From contig JAUSCS010000009.1 in NCBI GenBank assembly GCA_030651135.1, positions 22,844 to 86,843 on the forward strand: a stretch of 64,000 bases of DNA, read 5' to 3'. A program made the translations under genes and the position numbers. Shown one piece after another: positions 1 to 8,897 of the stretch. A model generated the notes under the pieces. It made no database searches and was not told the origin of the DNA. It saw only the letters and a program-made list of their open reading frames with translations. The DNA comes from Candidatus Woesearchaeota archaeon. Its GTDB lineage: Archaea; Nanobdellota; Nanobdellia; Woesearchaeales; JACPBO01. The first letter of the stretch is position 1. Each line of letters starts with the position of its first letter.

Positions 1-997
1 TTGCCGACGTATCTTTGCCTTTTTCTGTCATTCTTTCAAGGATGCTGCTTAATTTGGTTTCCAATTGCTTTGACTTGACTATAATGCCGCCGATCCTTGC
101 ATTCACAACCTTACCGGCATGAATTTCTGCTTTGTTTTTTACTGCAGCCCATTTGTCTTTTAACTCCTTTGCTACTGCTGTTATTTCTTCTTTTGTCTGA
201 GCAGCTTCTATCTTTGCCTTGATTGCTTCGATTTCGCTGATCTGCGCATTAATCTCTCCAATTGATTCGTTTGCATCTGAATCAGCCAGATCTTCGCTGG
301 ACTCGATCTTTGAGCTTAGCTTGTTAAGATACTCTATCATCACATCAGCTGTATTCAGCAACTGTTCCTTTGCCTGCGTCATTATTGATGCTCCTAATTC
401 GGCGCATTCAGTTGTGTTTGTGTTCTTGCACTCTGCAAGCTTTTCTTTTGTTTCGTTGAACTTAAGGCGTGCATCCTGGTATTTTTCTTTTGCTTCGCTG
501 TATCTTTCTTTTGCATCTGTGAATTTGTCTCTTGCATTTTCAAGCTTTTCTTTTACTATAACTCTTGCCTTATAAGCGTGCTCTGCCTTATACTGCCTGA
601 ATTCGCCTGAATTCTTTAATTTTTCAAAGTCAGCTTCGTGTTTTGCCTTGTTTTCAAGGATTTTATCTAATCTCTCAAGATCCTTTTCCCCTAGCTTTTC
701 AACAAGCGCAATTCTTTTTTCATATTTATCTTGGCATCCCGTCAAATTCTTTTCATTGCATTTATCAACAGCAATCATAAGCTGACCTTTTTGATGCTCC
801 CTGACAGCTTCGACCTTGCTTCCGAGCTTTTCCTTCAGTTCATCAAGGGTTAAATTACTGTTTTTTGCTATCTTCACAGCCGTTACAATCTTTTTCCCAA
901 AGTTCTCTTTTGAATTATTTTCTGCAAATGCCATTGGCATCAGGCTGATTAGAAATACAGCCAATACAAAAAGTGCTATTGTTTTTCTCATTTTCAT
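1..997 (-). CDS. Secreted coiled-coil protein, 5'-partial in window (continues past position 1)
   Basis: My own minus-strand translation from ATG at 997: MKMRKTIALFVLAVFLISLMPMAFAENNS..., a signal peptide followed by Lys/Glu-rich helical repeats. A GGGAGG Shine-Dalgarno sits just upstream. It is absent from the ORF track because it runs off the window edge. The plus-strand ORF 219-575 is its low-complexity shadow. Confidence 0.5.
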   Translation of the reverse strand, partial: MKMRKTIALFVLAVFLISLMPMAFAENNSKENFGKKIVTAVKIAKNSNLTLDELKEKLGSKVEAVREHQKGQLMIAVDKCNEKNLTGCQDKYEKRIALVEKLGEKDLERLDKILENKAKHEADFEKLKNSGEFRQYKAEHAYKARVIVKEKLENARDKFTDAKERYSEAKEKYQDARLKFNETKEKLAECKNTNTTECAELGASIMTQAKEQLLNTADVMIEYLNKLSSKIESSEDLADSDANESIGEINAQISEIEAIKAKIEAAQTKEEITAVAKELKDKWAAVKNKAEIHAGKVVNARIGGIIVKSKQLETKLSSILERMTEKGKDTSA

Positions 998-1221
998 GAC
1001 CTCCCGTGTTGTTTTAATTTTCATTAAACAATATAATCTTTAACAACTATTATGAGCGCTTTATTTATAAATAAACTTTTTTTAGCCGAAATTTAAAGTT
1101 TTTATCAGCCTTTTAATGCTTTATAAAGCTCTATTTGGCCTCTTTTTACTTTATATAGCAATAATTATTCTGATATTTACAGGATAAAATTAAAGTCTTA
1201 GAAACATTTTTATAGTGATAT

Positions 1222-1926
1222 ATGTTTACTGCTGCTATGAAGGGGGCGATATCTTTAATACTGCTTTTTTTATTATTCGTAAATATAACATACGCAGCAA
1301 CAATATTCGGCGATATTTATGACCTTTCTTTAAACAGAATAGACAATGTAATAGTTGAGATCAACACCATACCGAATCAGCAGTATGTCTCGAAGAACGG
1401 AACTTATTCTTTTGATGCACCAGCGGGAGATTATATAATAAAGGCAAATTATTATCTTAATAATGTTCTCGAATCTTCTGCTGTTGAAAAGATCTCTGTA
1501 AAGGCAGAAGGAAGGTTCAGGCTTGATCTGATCCTGTTCCCCTCATTTGAAGATGAAAATCAGTTGCTGAACGAGAGCATTACAGTTCCAGCAACTTTTG
1601 AAAGTCCTAATTATTTAGTTTATTTTTTGATTATCATTTTAGTCTTGATCGTCTTATTGGCTGTTTTTTATTATTATAAAAAAATAAAGAAACCAGTAAT
1701 AAAAGGAACTGAAAAAACAATCTCGAAAGAAGAAAGCAAACCTTCTGATCTGGACCAGATAATAAAGCTCATAAAAAAAGAAGGCGGAAGGGCAACGCAA
1801 AAGGATTTAAGAAGACAGATTCCTTTATCAGAGGCAAAAATAAGTTTGATGATTGCAGAGCTTGAAGACAAAGGCGTGGTTAAAAAGATAAAGAAGGGAA
1901 GGGGGAATATAATAATCTTAAAATGA
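1222..1926 (+). CDS. Membrane-anchored winged-helix protein (signal peptide, extracytoplasmic domain, one TM, C-terminal wHTH)
   Basis: N-terminal hydrophobic leader, a central TM (YLVYFLIIILVLIVLLAVFYYY), and a C-terminal segment KDLRRQIPLSEAKISLMIAELEDKGVVKK typical of MarR/TrmB-like wHTH. Confidence 0.45.
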   Translation: MFTAAMKGAISLILLFLLFVNITYAATIFGDIYDLSLNRIDNVIVEINTIPNQQYVSKNGTYSFDAPAGDYIIKANYYLNNVLESSAVEKISVKAEGRFRLDLILFPSFEDENQLLNESITVPATFESPNYLVYFLIIILVLIVLLAVFYYYKKIKKPVIKGTEKTISKEESKPSDLDQIIKLIKKEGGRATQKDLRRQIPLSEAKISLMIAELEDKGVVKKIKKGRGNIIILK

Positions 1927-2747
1927 AAATATTGATTACTGGCGCAAGCAGCTATGTCGGGGCGCGTTTATATTCTGATCTATCTAAAAAATTCGATGTT
2001 GTTGGAACATACAATACAAATAAAATTTTTCCAGAGCTTGTTCAATTAGACATAACTGACCATGATGCGGTTATGCAGATTGTTAAAAAATTCAAGCCCG
2101 CTGCAATTATACATGCTGCAGCCAATCCAAGCGCCAGATGGTGTGAATCAAATCCAGAGCTCGCAGTAAAAATTAACGAAGATGGCACAAAAAATATTGT
2201 TGATGCTGCAAATGCAATAAAAGCAAAAGTTATTTACATTTCCTCTGTTATGATTGCGATTGTTCCTCAAAATGCGTATGGAAGAACAAAACTCGCCGGG
2301 GAAGAATATGTTAAAAATACGAAATATGGGTTCATAATATTAAGGCCTTCTTTGATCATCGGACTTAGCCCAAATACAACTAATGACAGGCCATTTAACA
2401 GAATACTTCAAAATATTGATGAGAAAACACCTGCAATTTATGATACATCGTGGAAATTTCAGCCTACATGGCTCAGCCATATTTCAGAGGTTATACAAAT
2501 ATCGCTTGAAAAAAGTATAACAAATGAAATCATTCCAATAGCTGTTCCTGAATTGAAATCCAGATTTGACATTGCAAAGGATATATTGTCTTGCTTTAAT
2601 ATTTCAGTAACGCCAAAAAATGAAAATGATAAAACCCCTGTTATAACTGTTACGCAAGATAAATTAAAACAATTTGGGCTTCCATGTTATAATTATTCAG
2701 AGATAATAATCAAAATTGTGAATGAAATAAAAGGGAGAGAAAAATGA
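1923..2747 (+). CDS. NAD(P)-dependent epimerase/reductase, SDR fold (RmlD-like)
   Basis: N-terminal Rossmann motif MKILITGASSYVGARL. 274 aa. The start overlaps the upstream stop (ATGA). Confidence 0.55.
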   Translation: MKILITGASSYVGARLYSDLSKKFDVVGTYNTNKIFPELVQLDITDHDAVMQIVKKFKPAAIIHAAANPSARWCESNPELAVKINEDGTKNIVDAANAIKAKVIYISSVMIAIVPQNAYGRTKLAGEEYVKNTKYGFIILRPSLIIGLSPNTTNDRPFNRILQNIDEKTPAIYDTSWKFQPTWLSHISEVIQISLEKSITNEIIPIAVPELKSRFDIAKDILSCFNISVTPKNENDKTPVITVTQDKLKQFGLPCYNYSEIIIKIVNEIKGREK

Positions 2748-3166
2748 AGCACAAACAGGCAAATGATATTTTCTATGTTATAAGGCTGGAGAAAGGAGAA
2801 AAGATAATTGAAGGCATTATTGATTTTTGCAGTAAAAATAAAATCAGGAACGGCCTGTTTTTTGGATTGGGAGCGATAAACAGAGTTGAGCTTATGCATT
2901 ATGTTGTTGATACAAAGACGTATTCTTCCAAAATTATAGAAGAGCCCTTGGAGATTGCGAATATGACTGGCAATGTGATGATCATGGACAGCAAGCCAAT
3001 ACTTCATACGCACATTACTGTTTCTGACAAGGATATGAGGCCTTATGCCGGGCATCTGAAAGAAGCAACAGTTGCAGCAACATGCGAAGTATTCCTTGTA
3101 AAGCTGGATTCTGAAATAAACAGGAAATACAGCGAAGAGATTGGCCTGAATCTTCTTGATATGTAA
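2744..3166 (+). CDS. PPC/DUF296-domain protein
   Basis: 140 aa. The YVIRLEKGEKIIEGIIDFC...GLGAINRVEL pattern resembles the PCC (DUF296) domain. Translationally coupled to the upstream gene. Confidence 0.4.
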   Translation: MKHKQANDIFYVIRLEKGEKIIEGIIDFCSKNKIRNGLFFGLGAINRVELMHYVVDTKTYSSKIIEEPLEIANMTGNVMIMDSKPILHTHITVSDKDMRPYAGHLKEATVAATCEVFLVKLDSEINRKYSEEIGLNLLDM

Positions 3167-4325
3167 GATGAAAACATTGTTAGTTATAGGCATTGATCCC
3201 GGAACAACATCTGCTTATGCAGTGTTTGATATAAACAAACAGCTTATTAAAAAAGATTATTCCAAAGAGCACAATATCAGCAGAATAATCTCTGAAGTGA
3301 TGAAGCTTGGAAAGCCTTTATTAGTTGGCTCTGACAAGAATCCACCTTCCAGCTTTGTTGTCGAGTTTGCAGCCAAAACAGGAGCTGAGTTGATATATCC
3401 TGATAAAGACCTGCTTGTTGAAGAAAAAAAGGAATTTGCGAAAGAACTGGTTTATAGCAATCCTCACGAATTAGACGCCATCTCTTCTGCATTGTTTGTT
3501 TTCAAAAGGCTGTCTGCATTGTTTACAAAGCTCGATATTTTTGTCAAGGAAAATAAAATAGAAGACATTGAAAACGAGCTGAAGGAAAAAGTTATCAGAG
3601 AGAAGATAAGCATGAAAACTGCTCTGGATGAAATAAAGAAGAAAAGTGTTGTGACGATCTATGAAAAAAGAGAAATCATAATAAAAAGGCAGCCTGAAGA
3701 TTATGAGAAATTAAGAAAAGAGCTTGAATTGGTCAGGGATTTCAATAAGAAATTAAACCAAAGAATAGAGATTTTGCAGGCAAAGAATAAAAAGCTGTTT
3801 GAAAGGATCAGCTCAAAACCAGAAGTGAGGCCCGAAGGAAAATATAGGGAAATGCTCGGGTTTAAGGAAAACAAGATTTTTTCATTGTCGAAGAACAATA
3901 AAAAACAGGAGGAAGAATTAAGCAGATTAAAAGAGGATCTGAAGAACATTCACAGCTTTATTTCAAAGATTGGCGATGAGAATTTTCTTGCTAAAAAACT
4001 GGATAACTTCACAAATCAGGAATTTGAATCAAAGAATAAGATATTGAACATTGGCAAAGAAGACGTGCTGTTTGTTGATGATCCAAATACCTACAGCGAA
4101 AGAATAATTGAATCTTTGAAAGACAAAGTAAGGTTTGTGATATTCAAAAAAGAGCCATCAAAGAAATTAAGGGAAAACTTCATTTTTATTAATTCAAAAG
4201 AAATTCAGATCGAGGAAAACGAGTATTTTGCGATTGCGAATAAAAAGGATTTTGAAAGTCAGAAAGAGAAGGCAGATATACTGAGCAAGGTTGTGCAAGA
4301 ATATAGACGAGAAAAAGCAGCTTAA
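3156..4325 (+). CDS. RNase H-fold (YqgF/RuvC-like, DUF460-type) protein with long coiled-coil C-terminus
   Basis: N-terminal VIGIDPGTTSAYAVFD resembles the YqgF/RuvC catalytic start. The Lys/Glu-rich remainder is predicted coiled coil. Confidence 0.4.
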   Translation: MICKMKTLLVIGIDPGTTSAYAVFDINKQLIKKDYSKEHNISRIISEVMKLGKPLLVGSDKNPPSSFVVEFAAKTGAELIYPDKDLLVEEKKEFAKELVYSNPHELDAISSALFVFKRLSALFTKLDIFVKENKIEDIENELKEKVIREKISMKTALDEIKKKSVVTIYEKREIIIKRQPEDYEKLRKELELVRDFNKKLNQRIEILQAKNKKLFERISSKPEVRPEGKYREMLGFKENKIFSLSKNNKKQEEELSRLKEDLKNIHSFISKIGDENFLAKKLDNFTNQEFESKNKILNIGKEDVLFVDDPNTYSERIIESLKDKVRFVIFKKEPSKKLRENFIFINSKEIQIEENEYFAIANKKDFESQKEKADILSKVVQEYRREKAA

Positions 4326-4327
4326 AG

Positions 4328-4753
4328 TTAAAGCTTGCCAAAATCCAGCATCATCTTCTTTCCGGTTTTAATGTTCTTTGCGCTTATCTTCTTTCCAGTC
4401 CCCATGATCTCCACTTTCTCGCCTTTGTAAGTTATGATATCACCTTTCTTGATCGCTGCCGGTGTGAATTTCACACTAACGCGGTGGACTTCCTTGCTTG
4501 TCAGCCTGTCCATTGTGAAAAGCCTGGTGGTGATCAAAAGCTCGCCCCTGAAATGCTTTTTTAATCTCTTGCCTAAGCTTATCAGAAACCCATTGTTGCT
4601 CAGATAAAGATCAACCCCTTTTTCAACATCAACAGCTTTCGCTACAAATATGCGTTCGCTTTTTTCCCTGTTGATCTGAGCTTTGACAAAGCTTATTATT
4701 TCTTCAGTCGGATTTCTCAGCTGAAGCACACCTTCATAATAATTTTCATTCAT
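4328..4753 (-). CDS. Hypothetical protein (KOW-like C-terminus)
   Basis: 141-aa ORF with no Cys and a basic C-terminal half. I do not recognise a family. Confidence 0.35.
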   Translation of the reverse strand: MNENYYEGVLQLRNPTEEIISFVKAQINREKSERIFVAKAVDVEKGVDLYLSNNGFLISLGKRLKKHFRGELLITTRLFTMDRLTSKEVHRVSVKFTPAAIKKGDIITYKGEKVEIMGTGKKISAKNIKTGKKMMLDFGKL

Positions 4754-4756
4754 AAT

Positions 4757-5443
4757 TTGTGTTATAAAACCGATATATTTATAATATTTTTCATTATTTT
4801 AAAGCAAATGGGAAAATTAACTAAATTTCTGAAAAAAACATGGCACTTCATATGGCATGAGGACAGCTTACTGAGCTGGATCGTCAACATAATCCTTGCT
4901 TTTGTTCTGATTAAATTCATCGTCTATCCTGGCTTGGGATTGGTCCTGGGCACATCCCATCCGATAGTCGCTGTTGTTTCATCAAGCATGGAGCATCATC
5001 AGCAATTCGATGAATGGTGGGCTTCTCGTGCATTGTGCGAGTCAGGGGCATGCAATCAGGGCCAGTTTTATGCTAAGTACAATGTCACAAAAGAAGATTT
5101 CCAGAAATATCCGTTTGCAAAGGGCTTTAACATAGGCGATATAATGTTTTTAAGGAAAGCTGATCCCAAAAGCGTAAAAATGGGAGATATAATTGTTTTC
5201 AGAAGCCCATATAGGTCTGATCCGATAATTCATCGAGTCATCAAGAAATGGACAGACGGCAATATTTATTATTTCAGGACAAAAGGCGACAACAATGCAG
5301 GCCATGTGCAGGATGAGCTGCAGATAACTGAAGCGCAGCTTGTTGGAAAAACTCTTTTCAGGGTTCCTTATCTCGGCTATGTGAAAATCGGCTTTGTGAA
5401 GTTTTTATGCGTGTTTGGAAAATTTAACTTTTGCGTGAGGTGA
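4757..5443 (+). CDS. Signal peptidase I, archaeal/eukaryal Sec11-type
   Basis: N-terminal TM followed by the VVSSSMEHH serine motif (SSMEP-like), with the conserved His region downstream. Confidence 0.6.
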   Translation: MCYKTDIFIIFFIILKQMGKLTKFLKKTWHFIWHEDSLLSWIVNIILAFVLIKFIVYPGLGLVLGTSHPIVAVVSSSMEHHQQFDEWWASRALCESGACNQGQFYAKYNVTKEDFQKYPFAKGFNIGDIMFLRKADPKSVKMGDIIVFRSPYRSDPIIHRVIKKWTDGNIYYFRTKGDNNAGHVQDELQITEAQLVGKTLFRVPYLGYVKIGFVKFLCVFGKFNFCVR

Positions 5444-5760
5444 ATAATATGTTCTGCCCAAAATGCGGCTCAATAATGCTGCCTAAAAAAGGCATTTGGC
5501 AGTGCTCGTGCGGCCATAAGGATAAAGGAAAGGAAAACTTAAAGCTGAAAGATGAATCAAAAAAAGAAGCCAAGAAAGACATAATGTTCGGGGTTGCAGA
5601 TGCAGGTAATGAGATGCTTCCGTTGACAGATGCAGAATGTGACAAATGCAGGCATGGCAAGGCATATTTCTGGACAATGCAGACAAGGGCAGGTGATGAA
5701 GCTGAAACAAGATTCTACAAATGCGAAAAATGCAAGCATGTATGGAGAGAATATAAGTAA
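5431..5760 (+). CDS. tfs: Transcription factor S / RNA polymerase subunit M (TFIIS-type zinc ribbon)
   Basis: 109 aa. N-terminal CPKCGS...CSCG ribbon and a C-terminal CDKC...TRAGDEAETRFYKCEKC TFIIS-type ribbon carrying the acidic DE hairpin. Confidence 0.75.
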   Translation: MREVNNMFCPKCGSIMLPKKGIWQCSCGHKDKGKENLKLKDESKKEAKKDIMFGVADAGNEMLPLTDAECDKCRHGKAYFWTMQTRAGDEAETRFYKCEKCKHVWREYK

Positions 5761-5765
5761 TTGAA

Positions 5766-6014
5766 ATGAGTGAATTTCCGGATTTCTTAAAAGACAGGGA
5801 AAAAATAAAGATCATTGCAAAGCCAAATTCTTCTAAAACAGAGATCATCGGCTATGATCAGGAAAAATCCGCATTAAGGCTGAATGTGAAAGCCCCTCCT
5901 GAAGAGAACAAGGCGAATATAGAGATCATAAGGTTTTTTAAAAAGCTGCTGAAGAAAGATGTAAAAATAATCTATGGATTGAAAGATAAAGAAAAGATCA
6001 TAAGAATAGAATAA
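5766..6014 (+). CDS. DUF167/YggU-family protein
   Basis: 82 aa with the IKIIAKPNSSKTEI...LNVKAPPEENKANIEIIRFF...IIYGLKDKEK pattern characteristic of UPF0235. Confidence 0.5.
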   Translation: MSEFPDFLKDREKIKIIAKPNSSKTEIIGYDQEKSALRLNVKAPPEENKANIEIIRFFKKLLKKDVKIIYGLKDKEKIIRIE

Positions 6015-6506
6015 TTACGCTTTCAAATAAATCTTCGTATCTGGAATATTCAGCTTTACAAACTCAACCCCTGCTTCTTTGAACAGCTCAATGGCATCCT
6101 TGTCAGGGTAATCGCTGAATGTGACAAATCTCTTAACTTTTGAATTAACGATCATCTTTGCGCAGATGTTGCACGGCGAATGAGTGCAGTACATTGTTGA
6201 TCCTTCTGTATGCTTGCCGTGCAGCGCAGCCTGTATTATTGCATTCTGCTCAGCATGCACTGCCCTGCATATCTCGTGCCTTGTTCCGGAAGGTATTTTC
6301 AATTCATCCCTTAAGCAGCCGAGCTCAAGGCAGTCTTTGCAGCCTCCAGGTGCGCCATTATAGCCTGTGCTTATGATGTGCTTATCTTTGACTAAAACAG
6401 CTCCGACATTATGGCGCTGGCAGGTAGCTCTCTCGCCAATAACCGCAGCTATCTTCAGGAAATATTCATCAACACTCGGCCTGTTTGTTTTTCTTTCTTG
6501 TGTCAT
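6015..6506 (-). CDS. dCMP deaminase (cytidine/deoxycytidylate deaminase family)
   Basis: Zinc-binding motifs HAEQNAI and CTHSPCNICAKMI. 163 aa. Confidence 0.75.
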   Translation of the reverse strand: MTQERKTNRPSVDEYFLKIAAVIGERATCQRHNVGAVLVKDKHIISTGYNGAPGGCKDCLELGCLRDELKIPSGTRHEICRAVHAEQNAIIQAALHGKHTEGSTMYCTHSPCNICAKMIVNSKVKRFVTFSDYPDKDAIELFKEAGVEFVKLNIPDTKIYLKA

Positions 6507-7056
6507 TTTATTGTATTATCGATCTTATTTTTTAACTCTTTAATTGTTCCGTCATTAATAATGATTTTGTCAGCCATTTTGATGCAGATCCCAAGCTGCT
6601 GCTTTGTTTTATCCTGGCTGAACTCTTTCTGCTCCTGTTCCCTGAACTGCTCCAGTGTTTTGTAAGCTTCCTGCCTTCCAAACCTTTCTTTCAGCCTTTT
6701 ATATCTTGCTTCAATCGGAGCATCAACAGCAGCAAAAATGAAATTTTTTAATTTTTTCAGTTCATTCACTTCTTCTGAATTTCTTATTGAATCAATGATT
6801 GTATTTTTTGACAGATCAATCTTTTCAGCAATTCTCTTTGCAAGTATATTCGCCCCAAGCTCTGATCTCAGTTTATTCCCCATATTTATTAAGCTTTCCC
6901 TTGTTTCAGCGATGTTCTGCTTTTTCAGCTCGTCTCTTATGGCATCAGAAAGCGAAAAATAAGCAAATCCTTTCTGCTTCAAATAGTCTGCAGCAGTTGT
7001 CTTTCCAGCTCCGTTTGTTCCTGTAAGCCCGATTATGATCTTGATGCACCCCGTGA
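6503..7056 (-). CDS. P-loop nucleotide kinase (dephospho-CoA kinase / dNMP kinase-like); N-terminus unresolved
   Basis: In-frame translation upstream of the ORF-track start reads IKIIIGLTGTNGAGKTTAADYLKQKGFAYFSL, a Walker A motif. The frame is open to a stop near 7063 but contains no ATG/GTG/TTG before 6982, so the real start is non-canonical or the 5' end is damaged. Confidence 0.5.
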
Positions 7057-7508
7057 TTGTGTCTTATCAGTTTATTTATATAGTTTGTGAAAAAAGAGCA
7101 GAGAGGAAAAGTTTTTATATGAGTCTTAATTATTCTGATATATGAGCATAACTTTGACGGCATTATTGGGCGAATTCGTTGCATTTAATATGGCGGTTAG
7201 TGTTCCGTTTGCTTTTTCTATTAGTTTTTTAGCAGGATCTTATGACGATTATAAAAGAGGGGAATTTTTAACTTTGAGATCTTCAATCAAATATCATTGG
7301 TTTGTGGTATCAAGAATTAATGCCATGGATTTTCGGTTAAATGAACAGGATTTTGATAGGAAATATGCTCCTATTATTCAAGAGTATTTCAAGGAAGAAT
7401 TATAGTTGGCTTCTAAATGGAGTTTTTTATTTGATAAATCGAGACTACTAAATCCAAAACCATAAAGCATATAAACAAGATATCTAAAATCCATATAGGG
7501 GGTTTTGG

Positions 7509-8375
7509 ATGAAAGCATATCTGGATATTATTAAGAGGATTCTTGATGAAGGAGTTATTAAGAAAGACAGGACTGGAACAGGCACTATCGCTATTGCAGG
7601 AGCTATGTTTCAGCATGACATGGCTGAAGGCTTTCCTTTGCTTACCACTAAAAAAGTTCCTTTAAGGCTGGTTGCGTCTGAGCTTGAATTTTTTATTAAA
7701 GGGATTTCAGATAAAAAATGGCTTCAGGAGAGAAACAACCACATTTGGGATGAATGGTGTTCTCCAGAGATAATTCCTTATTCCCATGATGAAGCAGCAA
7801 AAAAACGAATGATGGAAGAAAGGGATTTAGGACCGATTTACGGATGGCAGTGGAGGCATTTTGGAGCAAAATACGAAGGCTATGACAAGGATTATAATGG
7901 AAAAGGAGTTGACCAGCTTAAAAGATTGGTTGATGATTTAAAAAATAAGCCGTACAGCAGGCAGATGCTAGTGCTGGCATGGAATCCTGTTGATGTAAGC
8001 AAAGTAATTCCGCCTTTTTGCCATTATGGTTTTCAGGTAACTGTCCTAAATAACAAACTGAACCTGATGTGGAATCAGAGATCTGTTGACAGCGCATTAG
8101 GCCTGCCTTTTAATATTGCAAGCTATGGATTATTGCTGCATCTGCTCGCCAAGGAAACCGGCTTTAAAGAGGGAAAGCTTGTTGGTTTCTTGGGAGACAC
8201 ACATATTTATCTAAACCATGTTGAAGGGCTGAAAGAGCAGCTTAAAAGAGCGCCATTCAAACTGCCTTCAATAAAAACCGAGAATTTTAAGTCTATATTT
8301 GACTGGAAATTTGAAGACACAAAAGCTGAAAATTACGAGTGTCATCCGGCAATAAAATTTGAGATAGCGGTGTAA
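7509..8375 (+). CDS. thyA: Thymidylate synthase (ThyA type)
   Basis: DRTGTGTIAIAGAMFQHDMAEGFPLLTTKKV, GPIYGWQWRHFGA and LPPCH-like motifs. 288 aa. Confidence 0.9.
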   Translation: MKAYLDIIKRILDEGVIKKDRTGTGTIAIAGAMFQHDMAEGFPLLTTKKVPLRLVASELEFFIKGISDKKWLQERNNHIWDEWCSPEIIPYSHDEAAKKRMMEERDLGPIYGWQWRHFGAKYEGYDKDYNGKGVDQLKRLVDDLKNKPYSRQMLVLAWNPVDVSKVIPPFCHYGFQVTVLNNKLNLMWNQRSVDSALGLPFNIASYGLLLHLLAKETGFKEGKLVGFLGDTHIYLNHVEGLKEQLKRAPFKLPSIKTENFKSIFDWKFEDTKAENYECHPAIKFEIAV

Positions 8376-8378
8376 GAA

Positions 8379-8897
8379 ATGACTGAAATAATCGTGATTG
8401 CTGCAGTTGCGCAGAACAATGTGATCGGAAATAAAGGCGACATTCCGTGGAGAATACAGGAGGATTTCCAGCATTTTAAGGAAACAACATGGGGCCATCC
8501 GTGCATTATGGGTGATAAAACATATGAATCATTGCCTGAAAATGCAAAGCCGCTTCCTGGAAGGGAAAACATTGTGCTTACTTTTGACAAAAATTACAAG
8601 CCAAAAGGAACAACAATATTCTTTGATTTTGATGAAGCAATAGAGTGCTGCAGGAAAAAAGGCGTGGAGAAGGCATTCATTGCAGGAGGGGCAAGCATCT
8701 ACAAATTAGGATTAAAAGTGGCAGATACCTTTGAGCTGACAAGAATATATAAAGATTATGAAGGCGATGTTTTATTCCCTGAAATTAATTTTAATGAATG
8801 GGAACTGGTTAAAAAAGAAGATAAAGAAGGAAAGGATAAAAAAACAGGAGAGAATGTTAAGTTTTCTTTCCTGACTTACAAGAGGAAGAGAAAATGA
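8379..8897 (+). CDS. folA: Dihydrofolate reductase
   Basis: VIAAVAQNNVIGNKGDIPWRIQEDFQHFKETT is the canonical DHFR N-terminus. Starts 4 nt after the thyA stop. Confidence 0.85.
   Translation: MTEIIVIAAVAQNNVIGNKGDIPWRIQEDFQHFKETTWGHPCIMGDKTYESLPENAKPLPGRENIVLTFDKNYKPKGTTIFFDFDEAIECCRKKGVEKAFIAGGASIYKLGLKVADTFELTRIYKDYEGDVLFPEINFNEWELVKKEDKEGKDKKTGENVKFSFLTYKRKRK

Noticed and set aside
219-575. Plus-strand 118-aa ORF with Ser/Phe-rich low-complexity translation
   Set aside because: It lies antisense to a much longer, well-formed minus-strand gene (signal peptide plus coiled coil, 1-997) and looks like a shadow ORF of that gene.
7142-7405. 87-aa plus-strand ORF in the gap between the kinase and thyA
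   Set aside because: No start-site context and an odd composition. More likely this is untranslated promoter/leader sequence for thyA. Kept out of the feature list.
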